Shown here one piece after another: positions 13,831 to 25,281 of a DNA stretch of 64,000 nt. Position 1 is the first letter of the stretch. Every line of letters starts with the position of its first letter. Source of the stretch: Lama guanicoe (lineage: Eukaryota); contig MU054187.1 of assembly GCA_013239625.1 (NCBI GenBank), positions 25,050,433 to 25,114,432 of the forward strand. The letters run 5' to 3'. The notes beneath the pieces are model-generated. The model saw only the letters and a program-made list of their open reading frames with translations, was not told the DNA's origin and did not search any database. The translations under genes were made by a program, and so were the position numbers.

Positions 13831-14157
13831 GCTATGTTGCTCCACATGCTTGTGACATGTCTGAAACACATATGTGAGTTAGTAAACTTTTGATCTCTCT
13901 AAATCTCTCCTATCATTCATTAATCTATACTTAATAATTGATATTCATTAGTATCTATAGAGTAAATTTTGTATGCTAGAAGAACTTGCTTACTAATCAA
14001 GAGAGAATTAATTATATGATACTGGCTTAGTGCAATTATAAAGCAATCTGTGAACGATTAGACCCCCTTTTGTATAAGTACTTATAAGGAACAATCTCAG
14101 TGGAGTAGAGAGGGATTATTGGGGACAGATTAGATGACCCTCAATTTAAAAGTTAAG

Positions 14158-14620
14158 TGTTAAGCCGAAAAATGTTCCCCATATTCCAAAGATCATATCC
14201 AAGTTATGATCCTGAGGACCTGTGCATATGTGGTCTTAAATGACAAACAAGACTTTGTAGATAAAATTAAGGTTAAGGAACTTGAGATGGAGAGATTATC
14301 CTGAATTACCTGGGTGGGCCCAAACTAACCATATGAGTGCTTAAAAGCAGATAATATTTCCCAGTTACAGTCAGACAGAGAGATGTGATGACTAAAGAAG
14401 GATCAGGGAAAAATTCAATGTTACTGAATTTGAAAACAGAAAAGGGGGATCTGAGAGCCCAGGAATGTTAGCAGCCTGTAGAAGCTGGAAAAGGCAAAGA
14501 GAGCCTAACTTTTGAATTGATTTTAGCCTCATCCATTAGGCTTGTGTTAGATTTCTGAACTGCAGAGTATAACACATGTAAGTTTTTAATTTGTTACAGC
14601 AACTACAGAAAACTAACATA
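14158..14620 (+). mobile_element. MaLR solo LTR, MLT1D-like
   Basis: 'cttgagatggagagattatcctgaattacctgggtgggccc', 'agaagctggaaaaggcaa', end 'aatttgttacagcaac...aaactaacata'. Confidence 0.8.
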
Positions 14621-14704
14621 TGTAACTTACACACCTTGTTTGAGAGTTCATAGTCTCCAGAGAACTCTCACAAATACTGACCCCAGAGCAGTCTTGAGTG
14701 CCAG

Positions 14705-14820
14705 GTTGGGCAAATAAGGAAACAGAGGCTCAGAGAGGTTGAGTGATTTTCTCAAGGTTTCACAGCTGGTTGATTGCAGAACTAGCCTTCAAATCCAGGA
14801 CTTCCTCTGCTCTGCACTCT
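14705..14820 (-). mobile_element. MIR fragment
   Basis: 'aggaaacagaggctcagagaggttgagtgattttctcaaggtttcacagct'. Confidence 0.75.
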
Positions 14821-15849
14821 GTGTTAAATTATTCTTATATGGAATCATCTGAAATGTAAGGAAATCCCTTTACTGAGTGTTTATACTGTTTGAATTATGC
14901 TTGGTAAAGCTGATCCAGTGGTCTACCACTCATGCTGTGCAGAAAAGAATTTAAGGTAGCTATAGGCCTTCAGTCCTTCTTGACTGTATAGCTATTAAAA
15001 AAAAAAAACTCTGTTTATCTACAAAATGCCAGCTCAGAGCATCTGCAATATCTTCAAAGATTCATGATTTTTATAAACTATGAAATCATTTACACAGTAA
15101 AATGAAAAATTTTCTTTGACTCATCATGTCAAAATTCATAGTAATTATGATTAGGTAATAATCCAGTTTGATAAAATTTTCCTGTGATTTGAGTAAGGCA
15201 AATAATTAGAGTAACTTGTTTTGCAATCCACTTTTACATTGTGATCCTTCCAGTGAATTCATTATACATTTTGAATTCAAGACATTAATACAAAAAAGAG
15301 AGAATGCCCGTTCAGTTTAATCTATCCCACAGGAATCAAAGTGCCATGCTACATTGCTACTAAATACAAATAAGAACTTTTGATGATTTATTATTTGTAA
15401 TATACAAATAATCAGATGGAAATTGAGGACTTGAGTATTGAAAATTATAATTTGTCTACGGAAATAGAGACTTGGAGGAAAGAATGACTCATGTTCAATA
15501 AACTTTTTCAATTATGAAAACATCTAATGAAAATGGATGAGACTAGAAAGTTAATGTGAACTAAATTTCATTGAATCAGAATGTATTCTTCACAGAAATA
15601 AACTTTAACAAAATCATATTAATTAATATATTCAGTGCTAACTAGATACATTCATATCTTTCTTTGTTTTAGATATGATAACTGGAATACTACAAAAGGG
15701 CTTAATCTGCACAAAGTATAAATTTCTATAAATGTTCCATTGCCATACACCTAATTCATTTTAATTTTTATTTATTTTATTTTATTTAGCCATTTGGTCA
15801 TAGGGAATAATCCTCTTCACTAATCTCATTAATGACTGATAACCTTTTA

Positions 15850-17172
15850 TACATTTTTTAATTGAAATAAAGTCAGTTTATAATGTTGTGTCAATTTCTG
15901 GTGTACAGCATAATGCTTCAGTCATACATAAACATACATATATTTGTTTCCATGTTCTTTTTCACTATAAGTTATTGAATATAGTTCCCTGTGCTATACA
16001 ATATGAACTTGTTTGTTTTGTATATTTTACCCAGTATATGCAAATCTTGAACTCCCAATTTATCCCTTCCCACATCCTTCCCCCTCAGTAACCACTAGTT
16101 TGTTTTCTATGTCTATAAATCTGTTTCTGCTTTGTAAATAAGTTCATTTGTCTTTTTTTTTAAGATTACACATATAAGTGATACTATATGCTATTTTTCT
16201 TTCTCTTTCTAGCTTACTCTACTTAGAATGACATTCTCCAGGTTCATTCATGTTGCTACAGATGGCATTATTTTATTCTTTTTATAGCTGAGTAGTATTC
16301 CACTAACTATACCACAGTTTCTTTATCAAGTCAACTGTTGATGGACATTTAGGTTGTTTTCATGTCTTGGCTATTATAAGTAGTGCTGCTATGAACATTG
16401 GGGTGCATGTATCTTTTTGAATTAAGATTCCTTCTGGATATATTCTCAGGGGTGGGATTGCTGGATCATACGGTAAGTCTATTTTTAGTCTTTTGAGGAA
16501 TTTCCATACTGTTTTCCATAATGGCTGAACCAAACTACATTCCCATCAACAGTGTAGGAGGGTTAATTTTTCTCCACACTCTCTCCAGTATTTATGATTT
16601 GTGGACTTTTGAATGATGGCCATTCTGACTGGTGTGAGGTGATATCTCATTTTAGTTTTGATTTGCATTTCTCTGATACTTAGTGATACTGAACATTTTT
16701 TCATGTGCCTATTGGCCATTTGTATGTCTTCATTGGAGAATTGCTTGTTTAGGTTTTCTGCCCATTTTTGGATTGGGTTGTTTGTTTTGTTATTAAATTA
16801 TGTGAGCTGTTTATATAATTTGGAGTCTTTTGCAAAAATTTTCTCCCATTCTGTAGGGTTTTTTTGTTTGTTTGTTTTGCTTATGGTTTCCTTTGCTGTG
16901 CAAAAGTTTATAAGTTTAATTAGGTCACACTTGCTTATTTTTACTTTTATTCCTATTGCTTGGATAGGTTGCCCTAGGAGAATATTGCTGAGATTTATGT
17001 CAGATAATGGTTTGCCTTTGTTTTCTTCTAAGTGGTTTATAGTTTCTTCTCTTATGGTTAAGTCTTTAAGCCATTTTGAGTTTATTTTTGTCTATGGTGT
17101 AAGGGAGTGTTCTAACTTCATTGATTTACATGCAGCTGTCCAGTTTTCCCAACACCATTTGCTGAAGAGACT
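15850..17172 (-). mobile_element. 5'-truncated L1, same family as 7330-13277
   Basis: Same 3' tail 'ttttttaattgaaat..agtcagttta'; exact 13-bp TSD tgataacctttta at 15837-15849 and 17173-17185. Confidence 0.95.
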
Positions 17173-17495
17173 TGATAACCTTTTAATTTATAACACATTT
17201 TCCTTTTTTTCTTCCAATTCTTTCAGTGAATTGACAAAATATTTACATTTCTAAATCTTTTCTGAATAACATATTTGAAATACTTAAACATATCTAAATA
17301 ACATGTTACTTGGATGAGATATTGATATCTATCTAAAATATGCAAAATATTAAGTTTCTAATAGTGTAAGTCATTTGGAAGTATTGTTGTAAATATAATA
17401 CTAAGAAACTAATGATGGGGGGCATCATACAAGAAATTTATACTCTTTCAGTGTTTATGTATCCAATTAGGGATGTAAAATATAAACACATAAGA

Positions 17496-17520
17496 ATATA
17501 TATATATATATATATATATA
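17496..17520. repeat. (AT)n microsatellite
   Basis: Direct reading. Confidence 0.95.
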
Positions 17521-19069
17521 ATTCCTTCTGAAAATCTCATGGTATTATCAATAGCTTTTAGTTATGTTGTGTAAATACTGCAGACATGGAACTTGTCTAT
17601 TTCTTGACCTGCTTTTCCTTCCATACTTCATGTCCTTATAGGGCCCGTCTATCCTATCGGCAGCACTTTAAATAAAAACTCTTTGATAGAAGCCTAACTG
17701 TTCAAGATTTCTTTTAGGATAGAACTAGGGAATGATGGGTGCTGAATAACAATCCAGGACAGAAGAGCTTGGTGAAGTCTGGGAAAGGAAGCAGGAAGGG
17801 AAACAACCAGCAACACATAAACTCAATCAACCCAAATGGGGACTGAGCAACACAGAAGATCACTGTCTAGGCCACACACACTCTCCTTTCACCTTCAGTG
17901 ACTTAAGAAGCAGGATGAATATTCCCATTAAGTTAAATCTGGGATTGGTAAAATTAGATCTACTTCTGGGGTTATTTGTAGAGAATCAGCAATTTTAAAA
18001 GGTAGGATAGGAGGTAAGAGGAAGTAAACAATGGAGATATTAGAGGATTTTAAGCAGATGTTCCATGATCAGAACTCTAATTTAGGAAGACTATACAGGC
18101 CATTGATTGAGGCAGAATTGGGATGAGTTGCTAAACTTCTCTCAAGCATATATAAGCATTAAGTTATGTCCTCTGTGTGTAGAATGTTGTTTGAAAGTAG
18201 TAAAAGATTTTTGAGAATGGACTGTTTTTTCTACCCTTTCAGACATAGCTGCTTATAAAATTATATTGCTAGTATGTTGATTCACTTTACAATATTTCTG
18301 TATAAATAAGGGAGTGTGTGGTGTTAGTTATTGTTGACAAAATGAGATTTGTCCGAGATAGATGCATGGTTAAAATACTGTAGGAGCCTCGCCACTTTAA
18401 ATAAATGAGGTATAAACTTCCAACAAGCAGAGCTGTGTAATACCTTTGGTGGAATAATCAAAGCCTATAGTCCTACTGAGCCTACGTTTCTCTTCTTCCT
18501 GGAGAAATCAGATGCTGGATTGCACACCGGGGCTGACCTGATGTACCCTCTGAACACCACTGAATTCACCTTGGAGTGAGCCTATCATGCAAGGTGGTAG
18601 ACAGTGTTTCTAGGCACAAATTATATTTTTTCAAGCTATGTAATATGTTGCATGACTATTTGGAGATCATTTTGCTAATAAATGGTTGTAAATTTGGTGG
18701 CATTTTGGTCTGAGACTCTTTTTCACTATAAAATTGCTATTAATAAGGTTGTGAGAAAAGGAATGTGTCATTCTCACATAACTATTCACAGGGTCTAATA
18801 TTCACCAAAAAACCCTTTTATTTGCTAAGTGATCTAATTGGTTTGGGTCATTTTGTAACCTCTCTAAATATATCTAAGTAAATTCAAGTCCAAAATATAA
18901 TTTAATCTCCATACTTATATTTAACAACATAATGCCTATATTTATATTCATACTTACCCTTATTTTCTTTCAGAAGAAGCAGTCAGGAAGGCAGTAAGAG
19001 AAAGAGGAAGGAATAATGTCTAGAAATCCAGGTGGGAGATTAATTTAAAGAGGGAGAAGTCAATTCAAT

Positions 19070-19530
19070 TGTGATTTAGCAGTTTTAATCTGGCTGAATT
19101 GGAGCTACTTTCCCAGATTCCCCTCCTGTGGTTAGCTTTATCCCCAAAAGAAATGTGTGCAAGATTTGGAAGGCAATGTTATTTAAGAAGCCATTTTCCC
19201 TCTTTAAATTCAGAGAGATTAAATGTGGTCGGAGACAGATACAGATGTTCTAGCAGGTTCCAGCTTGTCCTTGCTTTCCCTACTCTGCACCCAGCTCTTC
19301 TGTCTGACTGCCAGCTTTGTAGTGACACCAACAGGCACCCTAGTAGAGATCCCAGGTCCACTACCAGACACTGGGACAACAGCCTTCTATTGGCTTATTA
19401 GGGAGTTCTCCCTTTCCTCCCAGATAAATTCACATGTAGATGGAGATTATTGTGCTTTCAATTTAAGATATTCACAAAATTCTCCTGGCATAAGAATCCC
19501 TGCAATAGAATAAATAGATTGTCTGTCTGT
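19070..19530 (+). mobile_element. Ancient ERVL-class LTR (LTR33/40/41-like)
   Basis: 'ggagctactttcccagattcccctcctgtggttag...gcaagatttggaaggc' is typical of this LTR group. Confidence 0.5.
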
Positions 19531-20044
19531 TAAACTTCCTTCCCTTTCTCAGCCTCTCTCTCTCTCTCTCAATCCCTCCATCTGTAGGCCAAATATTTAT
19601 TTCAGTTCCTCTGCTTTAAAAAAGTAGCTTTGAGTTGTCTGTAGTTACTCAAGTTAAGATGACAATGACACTCATGGGGCATTTTTAGAGATGTACATGT
19701 AAGAATATGTGGAAACTCTCTTTGTGAAGAACTGAATTAAATTTTTTGAATATCAGATTTTATTTAGAAACAAAGATTAAAGATTATTTCCTATAATTCA
19801 TACCTACATATATTTTAAAGGCAAAATAAAAGGGGTATAAAGATTTCAAGTTCCCAACTTTTAGAAAAAAATTAATTAGAGGTTATATAAATGATTCTCC
19901 ATCTTCTGTCTACTCCCCATGTATCTTCTTACCCAGACTTAAAGAAACTCTTATTCATCTTCATGATATGTCATAAAATATTGCTTCTGACTTAGGTACT
20001 CCTTTTAACTAAGAAATGAAACAGTGCTATTATAAGCTACACAC

Positions 20045-20815
20045 TTCATTGATATCACTACATAACCATTCACCCAAAGCGGCTGGCCCAATAGAACAGT
20101 AAAATAACTTGGTTAGAACCCAAAATGGCACTGGCTTGATGACAACAATTTGTAGGATTAGATTATTGTTCTCCAAGGAAAAATATAAGCTCTGCACAAG
20201 CCTCCAGTATGTGGTATTGTTTCTCCAATAATTCTGTGAATGACAGAGATGAATGTTGCACCTCTAACATTGGTCTGGGAAACAAAGGGTAGAAGCATGG
20301 ATGACTGCTGAGACTGATGATCAACTGACAGAGTCTGCTGTCTGTTCCTATAATGTAGATCTATGTTAGTTAGAGATCTTGGTTCTCAATGAAGGAATGC
20401 CTTCTAGATGTTGAGAGTGTCCACCTGGCCACATTAGTTTCTCCATATCACTAAATCAACAAATAAACAGGGACTCAGTAACCTAGCTTAAATGATTGAC
20501 CTTGATGGCCAAGGGGAAATAAGCTACACAATGGGAGGAGAGGACATTATGTCTAGAAGCCAGGAGATCATGTGAATATTTATTGTTTCCAGGTCAAGGG
20601 ATAAAAATTAGTGAAAGATGACAGAAATCAAATGCAGCCAGGACCAATAAGAATTCAGACCCTTCAGAAGTAAAGATAAACAAGCTGGGTAAATAGAGGT
20701 GATCCAGCGAGGTGCTGACTGAAGGCAATGGGACTCTGGATGAGTAATATAAGAGGGAAATCATGAATATCAACTGTGTTCTTTGTAACCAATAGCAGAA
20801 ACCAATGCTATAATT
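20045..20815 (+). mobile_element. ERVL pol 3' remnant: integrase core, dUTPase and C-terminal domain, heavily decayed
   Basis: Translation across stops and frameshifts: HP.AAGPIEQ*NNL, IVLQGKI*ALHKPPVCGIVSPI, LEILVLNEGM, PPGH, MIDLDGQGEI, SDPSEVK, SEVLTEGNG. These match ERVL motifs (HPEAAGLIERWNGL; VLQ.AVYALNQRPIYGTVSPI; VIDPDYQDEI; AEVLAEGKG) in the correct order. Confidence 0.85.
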
Positions 20816-21141
20816 GTTATGTATGTATTTTTTAATTGTCCTTTTCATGCTATTTTATGCAATCTCTGCTGATGGTGCTTATCCTTCTAATTTTGTCTTC
20901 AGCTCCAGAATATCAAACAATTGTGACTGTGCTAAAAGAGTAATAACCATTAACTCCAGATGAATAAGAGTGATCGGTGGGACTCTGGGTCTTTATATTT
21001 TGGAGTAAGGATGAGTCAGTCTCTGTCAAATTGAAGAATAGTTGAGTCATGGTTGATATAAATATATTGTTGTTGCATACAAATTTAAATATTTATTATT
21101 TATTTGATGTATATGAATGATAAGTACACAAAGAAGTGGTT

Positions 21142-22058
21142 TGTGCTGGATAGACTTTTCTTTTTAATCAAATAGCATTGATTCATTACCCTCTTATGTT
21201 CTTTCTTGTACCTCAGGGGCTAGAAACTTGCAAACTCCTTTTTGAAAAATCTCCTGTCAACTTGGTTCAGAGTCTATGAATGAGAGATGCATATATGAGA
21301 TTGTTGCACCTTCACCAAAAGTAAACAGATTTGGAGAGTGACAAATGGCAGGCATGAGGTTTTACAGTTCCTTAGAGTGTTTCCTGATGAACCATCTGAC
21401 TCATGCTTCAAGCAGCTGTGATTATCAACAATGGTTTCTTGGGATTCCTGCAACTTCCTGAAACCTGGCATCAAACCAGAGAGCAATAGTAGTTTTCTCC
21501 ATTTTTTTGCAGCAAAAGTTCTCACATCTTTATTACCCAGCCAACCGACTAGTGCAGAAATATGGAAACAAAGAGGAAAATCATTTTCCCAATGATTAAT
21601 TAAACACATTCAGCTGTCCAGAGAATAACAATGTTTTCAGAGTTATATGGTAAGATGCAAGTGACTTTGATACAGCATCAATGTGTGTGCCATCTCATGT
21701 GTGATTCCTTATAGACCCAGCTTGATTCTTCTCTGATGTATCCTCATGGAGTTGCATGTGATTTTTTATTACCAGTTTTCATCCAAATCCACTGAAGAAT
21801 GGAATGATTCTGCTTTTGTTTCTTGGCCAAGAATTGCAGGATCCTGAAAGTCTTGTGAGAAGATATGGCTAAGAACATAGGCAACCACATACATAATCAA
21901 CCATGATGGTGGAGAAAAGGAGAGCAATTTTCCCTATTTTCATTTTGTCAGCTCTTCAAATAAATTTGTGGGAATTGAATTTACTATATTATGCCACTTC
22001 CTGCTTTACAAAATGCCCAGAGTAGACCCTGTCTTCCTGCCAGAATCTTGACTGATAT
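21142..22058 (+). mobile_element. Probable 3' LTR of the ERVL (LTR33/41-like), split by the RPL39 retrocopy
   Basis: Starts TGTG downstream of pol, contains 'gctagaaacttgcaaact', and ends 'ttgactgatata' like the CTGACTGATACA terminus of this group. Confidence 0.6.
21502..21924 (-). pseudogene. RPL39: Processed pseudogene of 60S ribosomal protein L39 (eL39)
   Basis: CDS remnant 21866-21709 reads [34 protein letters not shown](+2 A frameshift)[17 protein letters not shown], against RPL39 [51 protein letters not shown]. Start ATG is mutated to ATA; no introns; pyrimidine (TOP-like) 5' end; AATAAA at 21534-21529; A-tail at 21508-21502; degenerate 16-bp TSD at 21490-21505 and 21925-21940. Confidence 0.96.
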
Positions 22059-22509
22059 AACAAACTCACAAATGACACTTCTTCACCTTCCTGAGATAAC
22101 TTCTAAGGTTAATCTATTATACTAGGGAAAGAAAAACATGTATGCTTTCAAAAAGTATAGCAGGTTAAGAGCATTTTTCACACAAACTATAGCTTTGACT
22201 GGTATTTTGATTTAGTTTTGTGTGGTAATTTAGGAAGGGTCTTGGGGTTCTCACTAAGATACAGCTGTCTAAAGAAAAAAGAAGAAAGAAGTAGAATACA
22301 AGAGATTAAAAAAAATTGATTCTAATCTAAAATTAAATCTAATCTACATACAAAATGATTTTCCCCTAGCTTGGTTCTGATTTCTGGGGCATAAAGACCA
22401 TTATATATTTCTAGAGTTGGAATAATCAATTACAGTTAACATATACATTCATGCAAAGATGAGACGTTCTTCATCCTGGAAAGTCAATGGTAATCAACAT
22501 CCTTATCAT

Positions 22510-22693
22510 TATAATTAACATGAATCAAGTCCTTACTATGTATTTACAAAAGGCTTTACATGAATTATCCATTTAATCCTCCTTTCTATGAGATAGCTAT
22601 TAATTATCATCTTTTTATATATAAGTAACTGAAGCATAAAGAGATTAAGCTACTTATTTAAGGATACACATCTAGATGGTAGTGGAAAGGAAA
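22510..22693 (-). mobile_element. MIR SINE
   Basis: 'ctttacatgaattatccatttaatcctc...aactgaagcataaagagattaag...aaggatacacatctag'. Confidence 0.7.
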
Positions 22694-22695
22694 TA

Positions 22696-23053
22696 CAGTC
22701 TTCCCTTGGTATCCTTGGTGGACTGGTTCTAACACAATACCCTCCATCTCAGCAGATGTAAAATCTGAGGAGTCTTAAGTTCCTTATTTAAATTTGCATA
22801 TTATTTGCATATAAGCCACACATATCTTCCCATACACTTTAAATCATCTCTGGATTACTTATATTACCTAATACAATGTAAATGCTATGCAAATGATTGT
22901 AAACATAATATAAATGCTATGAAAATATTTGCTGGCCTATGGCAAATTCAAGTTTTGCTCTTTGGAAATTCCTGGTAATTTTTTCCAAATATTTTTGATT
23001 CCCAATTGGTTGAATCAATGCATGTGGAACCCAGGGATATGAAAGGCTCATTG
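22696..23053. mobile_element. MER2/MER2B-like Tigger (Tc1/mariner) non-autonomous element
   Basis: TA target duplications at 22694-22695 and 23054-23055; degenerate TIRs (cagtcttcccttggtatcc / ggatatgaaaggctcattg); diagnostic 'tttaaatcatctctggattacttatattacctaatacaatgtaaatgctatg'. Confidence 0.85.
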
Positions 23054-23367
23054 TACTCAAAAAGATGTAGAAATGTCATGGTCAACACTGTCTCATAATA
23101 GTCTTAAATTTACAAGCTATTAAATGTAAAATAGTTCTCCTAATCTTACCTCCCCAGTGCAATATCCATGAGCGCTAACTAAGGAAAACCATGGAGATTT
23201 CAGATACTTTGTGGGATCAGGAAGAGGACGGAAGAAACTAAAAGCTATGAAAGACTTTGGTGCTATGATTCCAAACTTGGGTTCCATAGAGTGAAATATA
23301 TCAAAAGAACATAATGATTTCCCATTCTCCACATTCCCCAGTAGTAAATCTTTTTCTCTTTCCCAGG

Positions 23368-24267
23368 TGTAGGGACCTTTTGGGGCCCAAGGTAGTCCAC
23401 CTCAAAATGTGCTTCAATGACATATTGATAATTTTGAATTAAAGTTACTTAAGAAATAGTCAACACAAGAGGGACAATGATTCTTGGGTCTGTCTCCTTG
23501 AAAGCAGAAAATAAATTTCTCTTGTGAAAGGTGCACTCCATGCATCTGGAGATAAAGAACACCCTTATCACTAACACAGGGAATTTGGGGCTGAAAAATC
23601 TCTATGTATAAATCTTGGCAATTTAAAAATCTACCAACCCAAGCCCAAACTTGGTTTAGACTCTTCACTAATTGAGCATCCAAAACATAAGTTTATTTGC
23701 CCTGTCAATTCCTAATAAATTTATTGATTCTTTATCCAAAAAATATAGAAGCTGCCTGCTTTGGCCACTTCTCAGGTCCCATTTCTATGAGATCTCCACG
23801 TGCATGAATTAAAATTTGTTTCTAGCTCTTCTTAATCTGTCTTGTATCAATTTTGTTATTAATCCAGCCACAAGAACTTGATGAGGGTAGAGGGGGAAAT
23901 TTTTCCCTCCCCAGTAGTTGGTGAATCAGGCAGGAGGTTGGATGGACCCTGTTTCCTGCCCTGAGGCTGCTCCAGCTGACAGATCCTGGGACATGTGACA
24001 AAGGCTTACAGAAGGTAAAATTTCTTATCACAACCATATCCAGGATCTCTGCCTGCAAGCTATGGTGGAAGGGAAAGTGGTGAGAGCCCCTTTTCTCTCT
24101 CTCAATTTAGATTAGCAGGAAAAACTATTTGTGGGGCTTGTTCCTTGGATTAACAACTCTTGGGGATTTTTTTCCTGCCAGAGATGGTCACTGCTTTTCC
24201 TTCTTTCTCTCTCTCCCTTTCTCCCTTTCTCCCTTTCTCCCTTTCTCTCTTTCTCTCTCTCTTTCTC

Positions 24268-24311
<44 letters not shown>

Positions 24312-25280
24312 TCCTTTCTTTTCTTTCTTTCCTTCTTCCTTTCTTTCTTTCTTCTTTCTCCCTCCCTCCCTCCCTCCCTTCCTCTCTTTCTCTCTTTCTC
24401 TCTTTCTTTTTGTCATGAGGAAGAAGAACCATAGGACAGAAGGGAGGAATGGGCTCTGCTATTTGAGCCAGTCTCACAGACTGGTGACTTAATGGCTCTC
24501 ACAGGACAAATATCTATTGAGACATATTTTGCTGTGGGCCCTAAAAAAAAAAACTGGATGAGGTTTTTCCTTCCATCTTGTTCCATGTCCTGAGAGCTTG
24601 GCTTTGTGTCCAGTCGGGGAAAAAAAGTTCTCTCTGATCTCTGCCATTCTGAAGGTGCCTTACCAGAGTACATCTGGTGGCCAAATTACCGGGGTTCCTG
24701 GCACAAAGTCACTAGCAGCACTCTCTTTGTCCAGTTGTGCCAGCTCTCAGAGGGAATTTGTTGTAAACTATCCCAGACCCTAAGGGGCCTTTGTCATCTC
24801 AGCCTTCATTGCTTGTTAGTGGTGGAAAAGTCCCATTCCAACAGCACCTGCTCAATGCCATAAATTAGTAGGCTTATGGTTGGAGGCATCTCACATATTT
24901 GTGGGACACTGTAGGCACTGTTGTCACTACACCACTCTTACCTCCTATAGAAACAAAGGGTCTTTACTTTCTTAGACTTACTCTGGGAGTGAACTTTCCA
25001 GATCTTGTGAGGACTATAAATGGCTTGTGAGACACCTATTTTGTCTTTGGTTAATCAGTAATAAAACGCTTATTGGCTTGAGTTGCTTTTTGAAGTTAAT
25101 ATAAGAACTTACTTATCAATGGCCAGATGAATCCTTCTTTTTTTTTTAGATGAATCCTTTAAATTGGCTATATTTAAAAGGAAAAAAATATTGACAGTTC
25201 TCATTATAAACAGCTTATGGGAGGGTCAAATTGAAAGGAAAAAATATATAATGACTAGTCTTAAGAATCTCTTATTAACC
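23368..25280 (+). mobile_element. ERV1 (MER4-group, MER34/39-like) 5' LTR (23368 to about 23916), PBS and leader; copy A, truncated by an L1
   Basis: TGT start; LTR end 'agggggaaatttttccctcccca'; PBS-like 'tggtgaatcaggcagga'; colinear with the reverse complement of 40905-42574. Confidence 0.8.
24195..24410. repeat. Polypyrimidine microsatellite: (CT)n, (CTTT)n, (CCCT)n and (TTTCTCCC)n
   Basis: Direct reading; it explains the K/E/R-rich and F/S/L-rich ORFs here. Confidence 0.97.
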
Positions 25281-25281
25281 A

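Noticed and set aside
16658..17254. Longest ORF (198 aa, hydrophobic) as a membrane protein
   Set aside because: It is the antisense frame of the L1 ORF2 3' end; a near-identical peptide occurs at 8236-8568
24112..24492. Five overlapping K/E/R-rich or F/S/L-rich ORFs
   Set aside because: Artefacts of a stop-free microsatellite
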